Part shown: one piece after another, positions 30,274 to 44,029 of the stretch
Layout of the letters: every line of letters starts with the position of its first letter
How positions within the stretch are numbered: the first letter of the stretch is position 1
From: the human T2T-CHM13v2.0 reference genome, Homo sapiens
Strand: one strand, 5' to 3'
Assembly: GCF_009914755.1 (NCBI RefSeq)
Contig: NC_060925.1
Length of the DNA stretch: 64,000 nt
Made by a program: the position numbers and the translations under genes
The notes under the pieces: model-generated
Told to the model about the DNA's origin: nothing
Seen by the model: the letters and a program-made list of their open reading frames with translations, nothing else
Databases searched by the model: none

Positions 30274-32147
30274 TCACACTTTTCTTTTTCTTGCCTAAAT
30301 TTCCTGGCTAGAATCTCAAATACAATGTTGAATGAAAGCGGCAAAAGTGGACAGCCTTGCTTCTTTCTTATTTTTGGAGGAAGGCATTCAATCCTCTGTT
30401 GTTAAGTATGATGTGAGCTGTGAGGTTTTTGGTAGATGTTTTTTATCAGGTTGAAGACATTTACTTGGTATTAATTCTTTAAATGTTCTGGATAATTAAT
30501 CTGGAACTGGGCATTTCTTTATAGAAAGCTTCAAGATTATTAACACAATCTCTTTACTTGTCATAAATCTACTCTAATTACATATTTCTTCTTGTGTCTG
30601 TTCCTGTATTTTGTGTCTCTCCAGGATATGGTCCATTTTATCTGTTATCTAATTAATTTTTTGAAAAACATTTGTTTCCAGGATTCCCTTATAATCCTTT
30701 ATATTCTTTAAGGGGGTAGATATATTCCTTCCTTCATTCCTGGTTTTTGAAATTTGAATCTTCTCTCTTTTTCTTGGTCAGCCTAAGGTAAAGATTTGTC
30801 AATTTTGCTGCTCTTGTCAATGAACTAGCTTTTGGCTTCATTAACTTTCTTGATTTTTCATCTCTGCTCTATTGCATTTATTTCAGCTGTAAGTTGTGTC
30901 TTCTTTCTGCTTGCTTTGAATTTATTTGCTTTTCTTTTTTAGTTTTATAATGTGGAAAGTGAGATTACTGATTTAAGATCTTTCTTCCTTTTTGATATTG
31001 GCATTAGCATCTATATATTTCCCTTCAATAACTGATGCTGCATCTCAAAAGTTTTGGTATTTTGTGTTTCATTTTCATTTACTTCAGAATATTTTCTAAT
31101 TTCTCTTGTGATTTCTTCTTTGACCCACTGGTTATTTAATAGTGTGTTTTTGATTTTTAAAACTGAATTTTCCCAAAACCTTAGGTTGTTGGTTTCTAAT
31201 TTAATTGGTTTAGGTCAGTGAACACACTGTATTATTTCAGTATATTGAGGCTTGTGTTATGGGCTAGCACGTAATCTATCTTGAAGAATGTTTTACGTGA
31301 TTTGAGGAAAAGTGTATGCTTCTTCTGTTGGGTAAAATGTTCTATAAATATCTGTTCGGTTTAGTTGTTTTATAGTGTTGTTCAGGTCTTTTGTTACCTT
31401 GTTGATCATTGGCCTATGTGTTTTATCCATTACTGAAAGCAAGGTATTGAAGTCCCCAGCTATTATTGTTGAATTTTCTATTTCTTCCTTCAGTTCTGTA
31501 TATTTTGCCTCATATATTTTGGGGCACTGTTATTAGGTACATACATATATTGTAATTGTTATTTCTTCCTGATGACTTGATCCTCTTATCATTATAAGAT
31601 GTCATTAGTTTCTTTTAACAATGTTTGTCTTAAAGTCTATTTTGCCTGATCTTATTCTAAAAGCCCATCTTTTTGTTACTCCTTTTGTGATAGCGTGGTA
31701 ATTCTTTCCATCTTTTCCCATTCAACTTATTTGGGTCTTTGAATCTAAAGTGTGTCTCTAGATCATGGGTTTTAATTTTAAATTTTTATTTTCTTTAATC
31801 TTTCCTTCAGTTAGAATATTTAATCCATTTATATTTAATAAAATTACTGGTATACTAGAATATATTTCTATTGTTTTGTTATTTGTTTTCTGTGTCTTCT
31901 TTTTTATTTCTCTACTCCTTGATTACTGTCATCTTTTGTATTGAATAGATATTTTTAATGTAATGTTTTTAATATCACATTAGTTTCTTTGTTGCATATT
32001 TTACTATTTTTTTGTTATTTTCTTAGAAGTTGGTCTGGATATTACAATTAGTATTTCAATGTAAAATAATTTAATTCAGATTAATAGTGTGTTAATTTCA
32101 ATAGGATACCAAGTATGATTTAGTGGTCAGCCAATGATCAGTAGAAG

Positions 32148-35100
32148 ATTTTAATTTTTGTGGGTACATGGTAGGTGTATATATTTATGGGGTACATGAG
32201 ATGTTTTGAAACAGGAATTCAATGTGAAATAATCACATCATGGAGACTGGGGTATCCATCCACTCAAGCATTTATCCTTTGAGTTACAAACCAATTATAC
32301 TCTAAGTTATTTCAAATGTGCAATTAGCTTATTATTGACTATAGTCATCCTGTTGTGCTATCGAATAGTAGGTCTTATTCATTGTAACTTTTTTGAACCC
32401 ATTAACCCTCCTCCCCTCCCCTGCAGCTCCCCTCTATACTATCCCAGTCTCTGGTAACCATTCTTCACTCTCTATGTCCATGAGTTCAATTGTTTTGACT
32501 TTTAGATCCCACAAATAAGTGAGAACATGTGATGTTTGTCTTTCTGTGCCAGGCTTTTTTTTACTTACCATATGATCTGTTACATCCATATTATTGCAAA
32601 TGACTGAATCTCATTCTTTTTTATGGCTGAATGGTACTCCATGGTGTATATGTACCACATTTCCTTTACCCATTCATCTGTTGATGGACACTTAGGTTGC
32701 TTCCCAACCTTTGCTATTGTGAACAGTGCTGCAACAAACATGAGTGTGCAGATATGTCTTCGATATATTGATTTCTTTTTTGGGGGGTATATACCCAGTA
32801 GTGGGATTGTTGGATCATATGGTAGCTCTGTTTTTAGTTTTTTTGAGGAATCTCTAAGCTGTTCTCCATAGTGTTTGTATTAATTTACATTCCCACTGAC
32901 TGTGTACAAGGGTGCCCTTTTCTCCACATCCCCTTGGATTTGTTATTTCCTGTCTTCTGGGTGTAAGCCATTTTAATTGAGGTGGCTGAGATGATATCTC
33001 ATTGTAGTTTGGATTTGCATTTATCTGACGATCAGTGATATTGAGCACCTTTTCATATGCCTGTTTGCCATTTGTATGTCTTCTTTTGAGAAATGTCTAT
33101 TCAAATCTTTTGTCCATTTTTTGATTGGATTATTAGATGTTTTTCTATAGAGTTGTTTGAGCTCCTTATATATTCTGGTTATTAATCCTTGTCAGATAGG
33201 TAGTTTGCAAATATATTCTTCCATTCTGTGGGTTGTTTCTTCACTTTGTTCATTGTATCTTTTGTTGTGCAGAAGCTTTTTAACTTGATGTGAAACATTT
33301 TGTTTTGGTTGCCTGTGCTTGTGGGGCATCGCTTAATAAATTTTTGCCCAGACCAATGACTTGAGGATTATCACCAATGTTTTCTTGTAGCAGTTTCATG
33401 GTTTGAAGTCTTGGATTTAGGTCTTTAACCCCTTTTGATTTGATTTTTTATAGTCTGGCTAAAGATTTGTCAATTTTGCTTAATATTTTTTAAAAAACCC
33501 TTTTTGTTTCATTGATGTTTGTATTGTTTTTTATTTCATTTATGCTTTGATCTTTATTAATTTTTTCTTCTACTAATTTTGGTTCAGTTTACTCTTGCTT
33601 TTCTACTTCTTTAAGATGCATTGATAGATTGTTTATTTGAAGGTTTTCCTCTATTTTGATGTAGCACTTATAGCTAAACTTCCCTCTTAATACTGCTTTT
33701 GCTGTTTAGGTTTTGGTATGTTGTGTTTCCATCATCATTTGTTTCAAAAATTTTTCAGATTTCTTCTTAATTTCTTCACTGACCCACCCAGTCATTCAGG
33801 AGCATATTGTTTAATTTTCATGTATTTGGATAGTTTCCAAAATTCCTCTTGTTTTTAATTTCTAGTTTTATTTTATTGTGACCAAATAAGATGATTAATA
33901 TTATTTAAAATTTTTTGAGTGTTGTAAGACTTGTTTTGTGACCTAACATATAGTCTATCCTTGAGATTGATCCATATGCTGATGAAAAGAATGTGTATTC
34001 TGCAGCTCTTGAATTAAATGTTCTGTAAATATCTATTAGACCAATTTGGTCTATAGTGTAGATTAAGTCTGATGTTTCTTTGCTGGGTTTCTTTCCGGAA
34101 GATCTGTCCAATGCTGAAAGTGAGGTGTTGAAAGCTCCAGCTATATTGCATTGGGGCCTATGTCTCTCCACCATGATTCTAAGTTTCCTGAGGCCTCCCC
34201 AGCCATGCAGAACTGTGAGTCAATTAAACCTCTTTCCTTTGTAATTTACCCAGTCTTGGGCAGTTCTTTATAGCACTATGAAAATGGACTAATATACCAT
34301 TGTATGTTTTTTGGTTTGATGTTACCATGAGGTTTGCAAATACTATCTTATAACCCATTATTTTAATGTGTTAACAGCACTGTTTACATAAACAAATAAA
34401 CATGCAAAAAGAAAACTAATAAAAACTCTGCATCTTCTATTCATCCTCCCACCTTTTAATTTTTTATTGTTTCTATTTATGTCTTATTTTACCGACTATG
34501 TCTTAAAAACTTGTTGTAGTTATTATTTTTGATTGGTCCATTGTTACGTCTTTCTACTTAGTATGAGCATAGTGTACACACCACAGTTACAGTGTTGTAA
34601 TATTTTGTGTTTTTCTGTGTACTTACTATTACCAGTGAGTTTTATACCTTCAGGTGATTACTAATTGCTCATTAATATCCTTTTCTTTCTCATTGAAGTA
34701 CTCTCTTAAACATTATTCTAGGACAAGATCTCTTAAATCAGCTTGTGGTTAATGCTGCCTGGCCTGGGACTCACCCATCAGAGTAGCAGGTTCCCCTCTG
34801 GTCAAGGACAGGTCCGGAAATGCCATCTAAGGGTCAAGTCTTGGAATTGAGGACTCCAAGAGGCCGCTTGGTGATCTACCCCACTGTGGCCATGCTGGTA
34901 CCTAAAATGCAAGACTAAGTCCCCTTTACTAGTCCCTCTGCTTTTCTCAAGCAGGAGGAGTTTTGCCCCATAGCCATCATAGCTAGTAATGTGCCAAGTC
35001 TCACCTGATGCCAGCAAGTCTCAGAGGCTCACCCAAGACCCTCGACGTAATACCTGGGTATCACTGCTGGTTATTCAGTTAGCAGGTGATTAGTGCTGCC

Positions 35101-35975
35101 ATAACTGAGTCTTTTCTTTCAAGGCATTTGGTTCCCTGTGGACCCAGGTGTGTCTAGAAATGTCATCTGGGGGCTAGGGTCTAGAACAAGGGCCTTACAA
35201 CTCTGACCAGTGCCCTATCCTGCCGTGGCTGAGCTGGTATCCAAGATGCAAGACAAAGTCCTCCCCACTCTTCCCTCTCCTCTCCTCAAGCGAAAGGATG
35301 TGTCTCTTTTGAGCTGTGAGCCATGCAGCCTGGGATTAGGGGAGGGGTGATACCAGCAGTTCCTTGCCTACCCCAGCTGATGTCTCAGTGCATCTTTGCC
35401 CCCTATCAGGCCACTGTCTCTGGGCCTAGTTCAGCACTAGGACTCACCTAATAGTTGCCATTTTTATGGCCTAGACTTCCTTTCAAGTTTACTTGGAGAC
35501 ACACAACCATGTAACCTTCAGTGGCGAGGTTTGTGAGAACTCATGTTCTGTCTGCTGGGACAGGTGATTCTGCTCTGGGTAGGGCTGATTTACATGCTCC
35601 CTTTGTGGGTGGGTGTCAGCTGAATTTGGTCCGATTTTCCTTTCTGCTCTAACAGGACAGCACTGAGTCCAATGCCTCACAATTGCTATATTCTCCTCCC
35701 GCAACACCCAGAGATGCTCTCAGCAACCCCCTGCCATGGCCAGGGGTGGGGGAGGAGTGGCGTCAGTAATTCAGGACCCTTTTCTATCTCTTCAATGCCT
35801 CTTTCAGCAATAGGAAGTTAAAACCAGGTACTATGAGTGCTCACCTAATTTTGGTTCTTATGAAGGTGTTTTTTTTTTTTGTTTTTTTTTTCTGTGTAGA
35901 TTGTTGTTAAATTGGTGTCCTTGTGGAAGGAAAAATTGGTGGAGCCTTATATTCTACCATCTTGCTCTGCCTCCA
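32148..35975 (-). mobile_element. L1MA/L1PB-type element with both ends but large internal deletions, nested in the older L1
   Basis: 3' end ttttgtgggtacatggtaggtgtatatatttatgggg; endonuclease remnant IAGAFNTSLSALDRSS...DIYRTF...RIDYMLGHKTSL (33905-34174); 5' end ccatcttgctctgcctcc. Confidence 0.88.
34168..34296 (+). mobile_element. THE1D/MST LTR 3' half, truncated
   Basis: ccatgattctaagtttcctgaggcctccccagcc...aaaatggactaatata. Confidence 0.88.
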
Positions 35976-36150
35976 AGCACATTTCATAAGTTTTAAAGAC
36001 AATTTTAGCCTTCAGTTTCTGTCTTCTCAAGACCCCAAGTTCAGGCAGGGGTGATGACAGGCTTTTCCTTTCCCAGGTCTTTCTGGGCATATATACAACC
36101 TTGCACATGCAAACATCCTTTTAGATCCCCAGGAATATATTGAAGTTTTT

Positions 36151-36468
36151 TGTTTTTGTTTTTGTTTTTGTTTTTTCTTTTGAGCCGGAGTCTCATTCTA
36201 TCACCCAGGCTGGAGTGCAGTGGCGCAATCTCGGCTCACTGCAAGCTCTGCTTCCCGGGTTCATGCCATTCTCCTGCCTCAGCCTCCTGAGTTGCTGGGA
36301 CTACAGGTGCCTGCCACCATGCCTGGCTAATTTTTTTTTTGTATTTTTAGTAGAGATGGGGTTTCACCGTGTTAGCCAGGATGGTCTTGATCTCCTGACC
36401 TTGTGATCCGCTCGCCTCGGCTTCCCAAAGTGCTGGGATTACAGGCATGAGAGCCACTGCGCCCGGCC
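36151..36468 (-). mobile_element. AluY-type element
   Basis: gcaagctc, ttcatgccattc and gttagccaggatgg diagnostics; TSD tgaagttttt at 36141-36150 and 36469-36478. Confidence 0.95.
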
Positions 36469-38736
36469 TGAAGTTTTTAAAACTTCCTTATGCTCACCTT
36501 GTTTTCCAGGAGCTGCTTTTAAATTACGGCCAGGCTTTTGTTTGCACCAACTGACTTCACAGCTCAAGGCAGCTGCAATGTTGTCAGTAAATTGTTATTG
36601 TTTTGGCAATGCCCTGGGAGTAGGGCTTTTGAGAATTTCAGCTGAGCTGGACTCCGAGTTAAGTCAAATAGCCACAACACCCCAGGAATAGAGATTTTGT
36701 GAGTAGCTTGAAGTTGAGACAAAATATTGACTATGCTGTGGAAATGCTGCTTTTAATGGAGTACCAAACAGGGTCAATCTTGTCTGTTAGCTCTGAGATT
36801 GCTTGTTTTTCATCAGGCTGTCAGGCCACCGAGCTTGGGAAGGAGGAGTGATGGAAATAGCCACGTGTCAAAATGTCAAAGACCCCACTGTCTTACGAAG
36901 GTTCAGTAATTTGTTTTGCATATATGTTTTTTTCAGTGTGTTCTCTGGCTTTGTTTAATTTTAAGATTTCAAAAATGGTTAATTTTAGTTTTCTCAGCAT
37001 TTTTACTGTTTTGCAAGAGACTAGTCCACCACCGAGGTCTTCACTCCCTCATTCCAGAAGTTGATTATTTTTATAGCAATTAATATAAGCAGACAAAAAT
37101 GGCATTATGTCATTAGTCCTGATAATTCCAAGGCAAAATAAATAAATAAATAAATAAATAAACAAGTAAAACGGTTGAGAGGCTCCAAATGTCAAGTGTC
37201 AAGGGGATGAGAAGAACTTTCCCAGAGCCAGAAACAGTTCTAAGACCTCCATCTGACCACAGCTGATGAAGACATGGAGGCTTGCAGATAGAATTATCTC
37301 TAAGATAAATTAAAGGAAGGGTGGTAGTTATTTACATGGTTTAAGCATCCATGGATGAGGGGATTTCTAGGTCAATCTACCAACCCCACCTTAAACTTTA
37401 ATGCCTTTCTATTTGGAGTGGTAGTGGGATGAAAGAGACAGATGCCTGCAAATGTCTTATTTAGTATCATCTTATTCCAATGTTTAATATATTATGATGC
37501 TCTAGAACTTTGGCAGAAAATTACCAACTGGTGAAAATTGGTGTTCCAGATTGATTGGTAGATGCCTCCTCCTGTGTTTTATCTCCAGGCACATTAAATG
37601 TGAACAAAGCTAGTATAAGTAGAAAGGAATTATTTTGAGCATCCAGGCAAATTGCCTAAAACTGCAATAAATTGTCGGGAATATAGTATTGGCTAAGAAC
37701 ACATTTTTCACCTTATAATCAGGGAAGGTATACTAGGAATATTTGACTGCAGTTAATTATATATTGTTTTGGTAGCATCTAACGTGGAAAAGTCAGATGG
37801 CTTCCTTAGGGATAGGGAAGCCTCTTTCAAAACTTAGGAAGTGGGTATATACAGGATCTTAAGACAATGATTATCTCATGATTGATCATGCCAAAGTAGG
37901 CTTCTCTTTACCTTGTTGTGAACTGTGTCCAAGCCTAGGGCATTCCCTGTTATGCTATATTTCCCCTTTCCTATCCCATATTTTGATCTTAGAACAGATT
38001 ATACTTATGCTTTGGAGTCATATGTCAGGTTCATTACAGTGGTATAAAATATTTTATCAATGCATAGATAACAAAAAATTGGGGGGCTTCATTCTAAAGG
38101 ATGTATTTCATCTTGGGAATGTCTCAATAAAAATATTATAAAATTAAAAGCCAGTGAGATTAAAAAGCTCTATGGCTGCATCAGCTTTGCTCTTGCAATC
38201 AAATTTGCTCCTAGGCAGAGGGAAAATTTGCTGTAAGAATCTCAAACTTCAGAATTTGACAAAAGGAAAGGGCTTTAGTAGGAAACCCAGTCTCAGGGAA
38301 AAAAGGGTGTTTTTCTCTTGCAGACAATTCAGGAGGGTGAGAAACAGAAAGAGAAGGATGGCATGCCAGTAAGGGAAACAGATTACATTTCTTTTGGAGG
38401 AGGACCTAGGTTGTATCTGCTTGAAAGGGGTAGAGGAAGAATAGAGGTAAATTAAATACTGTATAATTTTCCATGAATAGAGAACAAGTGGTAGAAATGC
38501 ATGTTTCTGTTGCTATTAAAATAGCAAAAAATACCCAAGACTGGGAAAATTAAAACATGAAGGGAAGACAAGGCAAAGAGCACACAAATGACACATTAGC
38601 CTTCATTTTGCCCTTGAAGGGAATGGCTTCGGAAGCATCAGCTGCTGCAGTTCAATTCGGTTTAGGTGTCTGTTGACATCCACTCTCTGGCTGGATCAAA
38701 CATGGGGGCAAAGGAAAAATTTTCCTAATGATGCAG

Positions 38737-39167
38737 TGTCAAAGACAAAACAAAAATGTGAAGATGAATCTCTAAATTTAATGTTTTATTTGGGAAAAAT
38801 AATTGCAATTTGGGGTATACATGTAGACCGGGTGGTCTTTTGTATGTCTGAAGAACAAAGAGAAGGTTAGAGGTTTTATGAAAAAGGTAAATGTTAGGTA
38901 TTGCCCTTTGAAATAGTTCATTGGTACTAGTAAAGTTTTGGTGGGCTTGCAGGCTTCAACTGGGAGCAATGGTGGTGGAAAAATTAGTCCTAGGGTTGTA
39001 ACAAGTTATCCTGGAAGCAGAAGATAAAACTGATTTTAGGTTACAATAAGCAGTTTCAGCAGTCAGGCTTGCAGAAAACTACATTCTTGGAACAATGTTT
39101 TTTATTCAGGGTACTCTTTCAGTTGAGTGCAACAAGAGTGATCCAATTCATATGATCAACTTTCATA
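38737..39167 (-). mobile_element. ERV1 solo LTR (MER65/LTR29-like)
   Basis: tgtcaaagac...ttttatttggg (antisense polyA signal)...gcagtttcagcagtcaggcttgcag...tcaactttcata. Confidence 0.7.
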
Positions 39168-39285
39168 ACAGCATACATATGCTCACAAAAAAAGGGGTGA
39201 GCGTATTTACCTTTACTAGTGCCAATGAACTGTTTTGAAACCAGAGCAGGAGGCTGGGGCAGCAGGACAAAAATGCTTTGGTTAG

Positions 39286-39646
39286 CAATATGGCTCTGTG
39301 TTGCCACCGAAATCTTATATCAAATTGTGATCCTCACTGCTGGAGCAGACTCCTGGTGGTAGGTGATTGGATCATGGCAGTGGCCTTCCCCCTTGCTCTT
39401 CTGGTAATAGTGAGTGCTCACCAGATCTGTTTGTTTAGAAGTGTGTAGCACTCGCCCCTTCTCCCTCTCTCTTGCCAGGCATGTGAAATGTGCCTGCTTT
39501 CCCTTCACCTTATGCCATGATTATGAATTTCTTGAGCCATGCTTCCTGTACAGCCTGTGGTACCATGAGCCAATTAAGCCTCTTTTCTTTATAAATTACC
39601 CAGTTTCAGGTAGGTAGTTATACCAGTGTGAGAATGAACTAATACA
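39286..39646 (+). mobile_element. MST-type (MaLR) solo LTR
   Basis: aggtgattggatcatgg...ataaattacccagt...aactaataca; TSD gttag/gttat. Confidence 0.9.
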
Positions 39647-39984
39647 GTTATCATCCTGGTTGAAATATAAACACAGAGTAAAGGACTGAACTGTAAGAAA
39701 TACCAAGTCATAGATTTTGCCTGAGAGTTTTGGATTACTCTTCTCAAAGTAGAGCTTCTAAGTAGACCTCTGCACCATCTGGCTTTATAGTGCTGGAAAC
39801 TCAGGGAGTCAAAATAAAATAGAAGTGAAGGTAATTTAAATATATAGGCTGTTCCCCGTTATAAACATGTGATCAATCTGGTGATTTCAGTTTCTTCCAT
39901 TTAACATTTATATTATTGTGTTTCAGAAGGCAGGAGTACTTTAAATGCCATCCTCTAATAAAGGAGGAATCATGTATAGGTGTG

Positions 39985-40670
39985 TGTCATCCAACGGACC
40001 ACAAGGATGGCTAAATAGAAAGAAGAGCTTTATTGGTGATATCAGTTTGCAAGTAGGGAAGAGAAAGTCCCTGGTGTGAATCAAAGGTGCTCTGTCTCCA
40101 AAGAGGGAAAGGAGGAATTAGCTTTTATGCCTCATGGGGTCTGTATTACACAATAGAGTCATACATATTCAGCAGGTTTGAGGGAATATCTGTACATATT
40201 TATGAAGGAAGCTGAGTGCATACACAATGAATAAACATATATGTAACATACATCCCATGCTCACTTTGGGGTGTGGTTTTAGCATTAAAATGAAGTGGAA
40301 TTTGGCTCGATATATGAAAAGGTAAACTATAGGATGCAAATACAGCTTGTGTACAGTCTCCATAAGCTGGCTGAAAACTGGCTTGCAGTCTGTGGTTGTT
40401 TATCAAGAAAGAATGTTTGTAAGGCAGGTCCTTTGTCCAATCTGAGTTGTAGTGGCCTGGGTCGTAAATCAGTTAGGAACGGTATGACATTTTGCCTGAT
40501 AGCTCCTATTGTTAGGCAGTTCAGCATGAGTGTGGTTTTTTTGTTGCTATAGAAATTCAGGGAGTTGCCATGCCAGCTGAGCCCTGGGCCCTTGGCCAGT
40601 AGGTAACTTTTTGTTTCCTTAACCTTAGAATCTATCTTAGTTGATACAGGGACATCAATTTAGATCTTTG
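39985..40670 (-). mobile_element. MER39-like ERV1 solo LTR
   Basis: acatacatcccatgctcactttgggg...ttttagcattaaaatgaagtggaatttggctc...ttccttaaccttag. Confidence 0.78.
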
Positions 40671-41125
40671 CAATTGCAGATGGATGGTCTTCTCCTAAAG
40701 ATATAGAAAGCATAGTATCATGATTCACTTCTTGTTGGGAGCTTTCTTCCATTTGACTCTAAATTCATAGGGTGTACAGCAAACATTAAAACATTGATTG
40801 GTATATGGTGAATTATTATGCAAGGGTAATTTCTCTTTTATTTCTTTATTTTTTCCTGTTCTTCCAGATAATACTACATTTCTGTTATGGTTTGTAGCTG
40901 GTAACAGTGTGTCTTTATATTATGAAGTATATTGGTTTATTGGTTAGGATGATTTTGGCTACAAGTAACAGAAGACCACAACTCAAAATAGCTTATTCAA
41001 TAAGAAAGATATATTTTCTGATAAATAAGAAATCTGGAGATAGAACAAGTCTCAGTGTTGGCTTGTGCAGAGCTCAGTGATGTAAACAAGAGCCCAACTT
41101 CTTTCCTTCTCTCTATTCCTCTATC

Positions 41126-41812
41126 ATGGTGGATTGTGTACTGTGAATAACTTAGTGAAGTTGGAAGTGTGTTTCTAAGAGTTTCTTTTCCTCTGTAGTT
41201 CTAGACTAGGGTTGACCTCAAGATAAATTTGCATGAGATTTGGATGTGAGAGATGAAGCAGCAGCCACTATACTTAGAAGCTGCTGCTTTTGGTTGTGCA
41301 CATTGTCTTGATCTGCCAGCTCACATTATTGGCATGGAATGGCACACAGCTTCTCCAACACTCATGATATCTTCTCCTTCAGCTTCCTTGAGCCTTGGGA
41401 CAGATGTGTGTGCATCTCTCTGGTGAAGGGCCCGACCTTCTATAGGTCATGCACAAAACCAAATTTGGTTGCTATGAGAGACAGATGCAGATTTCAGTTT
41501 GTTTTCGTGGATTCCAGTGTTGGCTTTGCTTTTTCTCACTTCACTTCCAGCTTTTCCTTTTAAATGATTACCTGTAGTGACTTCAAACCCACCACCAGAT
41601 GCAGAAGCAATAACTTTCCATGGATCTCTTCACCAGCTCCCTTTTATGATCTCTGGTTAATTATTTCTCTATGATCCTCTAACAATTCCTTTCTGGATGT
41701 TTATTTCCCCTGCTTCTCCTAGAATTGAGGAACGCCTAATTCCTATAATAAATTATCTGTTCTATATCACTCATACAAGTTTTACTTCTCAGAGTGAATC
41801 TCTGCTGACACA
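41126..41812 (+). mobile_element. ERVL LTR (LTR41/LTR52-like)
   Basis: atttgcatgagatttgg...gaagcagcagcc...aattcctataataaat...ctgacaca. Confidence 0.65.
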
Positions 41813-41929
41813 GCCATCACCAATATAATGGTTAGCCCCCCTCATAGTTACAAGTCAGCCACCTCAGAATCAGGTAGCACATAGAGACATGATAACACAC
41901 AGTAGGAGAAATATGACTGGGGTTTGGAT

Positions 41930-41961
41930 TCACATCTTCGAAATCACATCTTCGAAATCAC
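41930..41961. repeat. Perfect 14-bp tandem duplication
   Basis: tcacatcttcgaaa twice, then tcac. Confidence 0.92.
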
Positions 41962-42935
41962 TCGGTTTCATAGAGAAGGTTGGATATTGGAACAAATTCA
42001 GATGCTTGCCAACAAGAAGGAAAGAGTTAATAATTATTGGGGAGGCTACCAGGAGAACTGCCAGTGCTTTATAAAAGGCTGTGAAAGTGGAAATGGTACT
42101 TGATAACCTCTAGATGTCCTTTGGTTGTTGAAGTTTTCAGAATATAGGACACATGAGAAATTTGGAATTAGATTCTGAGAGAGCTACATCCATTCCAGCA
42201 GAAGATGGTGTGGGCTGTTGAGGGTGATAAAGAAGGAAAGCAAATCACCTAGGCATCCAAGTATGGATGTTGTGGCTAGAATGAAAAAAAAATATAACAA
42301 AATTACGCAGAGAAGATTTTGGAACTTTAATTTACTTGGGAATTTAATGTCCTCAGTGGATAAAATATTTTAGTTAAGGATCTTTTTCTCACTTTTGAAA
42401 AAAGAAAATGGAGCTTCCATTTTTAGAATTTTTATTCTCTGTGTTGAAATTTAATGTCAGGGGTTTATATTTTACTAATTTGGGGCAACTATGTAGTGCT
42501 TAGATTTTCTCGTGTTTAGAGTCATCTTGAGTTGTTATATTGGACAACAGAGCTAGGTATGCTTTAAGATAGAAATAGATGATGGATTGAATTTTCAGCC
42601 TAGTTGATAGTGTGGCCTTCAAATTAACAATAATTTTTTAGACCAGTACTGAGCTCCCATCTCACCACTGCCCGGAGGATGTACATACCGAACAGCAGCA
42701 CTGAGGAGGTAACCACATGGTGGTCAGGTGGGATTGACTCTGCAGCTCCTCCGTAGTGGGGCAGCCTTTATCATGATTGGTCATAGACTTGGCTCTTGTG
42801 CGTTTCTGGATATGGATCTGACTGTAGGAGATGCACACGTTTCTATACCTCTGGCTATTGTCCTTCTTGCTCCACCTCTTCCTTCTCAAGAGAAGAGGAT
42901 TTGCTAAGATGATGCCTGAGCCATGTTTGCAGAAT

Positions 42936-43322
42936 GGATTCACCTTAGCATACTGACATTTTGGGTCAAAAATGCATTGTTGTGGGAGCTGTCCTGTGAT
43001 TGGTAGGGTGTTTTGCAGCATTCCTGATCTATACTCATAGCTTCTGGTGTTATGTTAAGTAGATGGTGTTCTCATCTTCTTACCCGGCAGCCGGAACTCT
43101 AGCGTTGGAGATCATTCCCAGATTCTCTTATACATATGGGTAGCCAATGAGATATAAGCAGAAATCAGTGGTCTGGGCTGCCAGAACAAGTCTTCAAAGG
43201 AAATAGTAGGGATATGACTAGGTAACAGTAGTATCCCTGCCCAAGTCAGGGCATCAAAGATGCCTCAAGACATTGCCACATGTCCCCTAGAAGGCAAAAC
43301 CACCCCTGGGTGAGAACCACTG
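42936..43322 (+). mobile_element. MER20 (hAT-Charlie) carrying a ~180-bp insertion
   Basis: tgacattttggg...ttgttgtggg.gctgtcctgtg and agacattgcca.atgtccc...gagaaccactg halves flank foreign sequence. Confidence 0.85.
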
Positions 43323-43439
43323 AGTGAAAGGAACATGGGCTTCTGTGTCTGTTTATCTTTGGCTCTATTTGTTAAGACTGTGGGGCTAAGTCAAGAGGCC
43401 CTTGAGTCTTCGCTACTTTTTTTTTCTCTATAGAAGAGA

Positions 43440-43835
43440 CTTGTAGTTGTTCATCTAATAGACATTCTCATCTTCTTACTCAAAAGCCAGAACTCTAGTG
43501 TTGGACATTATTCCCGGATTTCCTAGTAGATATGGGTAGCCAGCCAGATATAAGCAGAAATCATTGTTCTGAGCTGTCAGGACAGGTCTTCAAAGGAAAT
43601 AGTCAGCTACAAATGGTGTTTTGTCCTTCCCCCATCCTCCTTATTCCTGGGTGTAATGTGGATGTGTTGACTAGAGTTCCAAAAGACATGTTGTTAACAT
43701 GAGGTGCTCTGGAAGATTGAAGCTAATGATAACAATAGTGAAGCAAAAAGTTACAAATAGCTCCCCTAACAGCCCTGGATGATTACCACTGTATTATATG
43801 CTATGATAGAAAAATCAAAACTCATACTTTTGTAT
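43440..43835 (+). mobile_element. Old MLT1 LTR remnant
   Basis: gagatataagcagaaatc, gtaatgtggatgtgttgactagag, gaagcaaaaag MLT1-like text. Confidence 0.6.
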
Positions 43836-44029
43836 ACAGGTGATATAGAAAAGAAAGCTTGGAGGATTCTATGGGAGGTTTTATGTCTAGATGAGAAGTG
43901 TTGTCAATAATTTCTACCCTCTTTCCATTAACTAGAATGGCTTCTATGGCTGCCCCTGTCTGCAAAGGAGGCTGGAAAAGCTAGTATGGCTATACAAGGA
44001 GGAAGAGGCAATGAGTTTTATGAGTTTTT

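Larger units (their letters stand above)
25195..37060 (-). mobile_element. Old L1 (L1MB-like) from 3' end to 5' region, heavily interrupted
   Basis: 3' end tttaatagctttattgagatataattcacat at ~25200; ORF2-like antisense text at 28664-32100; 5' region at ~36000-37060. Confidence 0.8.
40935..42060 (-). mobile_element. Old MLT1 LTR remnant interrupted by an ERVL LTR
   Basis: gttaggatg...ggctacaagtaacagaa...actcaaaatagctta. Confidence 0.6.

Noticed and set aside
33905-34174. Endonuclease-like peptide
   Set aside because: Fragment of a deleted, dead L1 ORF2, not a gene.
39985-43322. MER39 plus MER20 recalling the decidual prolactin promoter
   Set aside because: They are over 2 kb apart, both families are abundant, the MER20 is disrupted, and no PRL exons are present.
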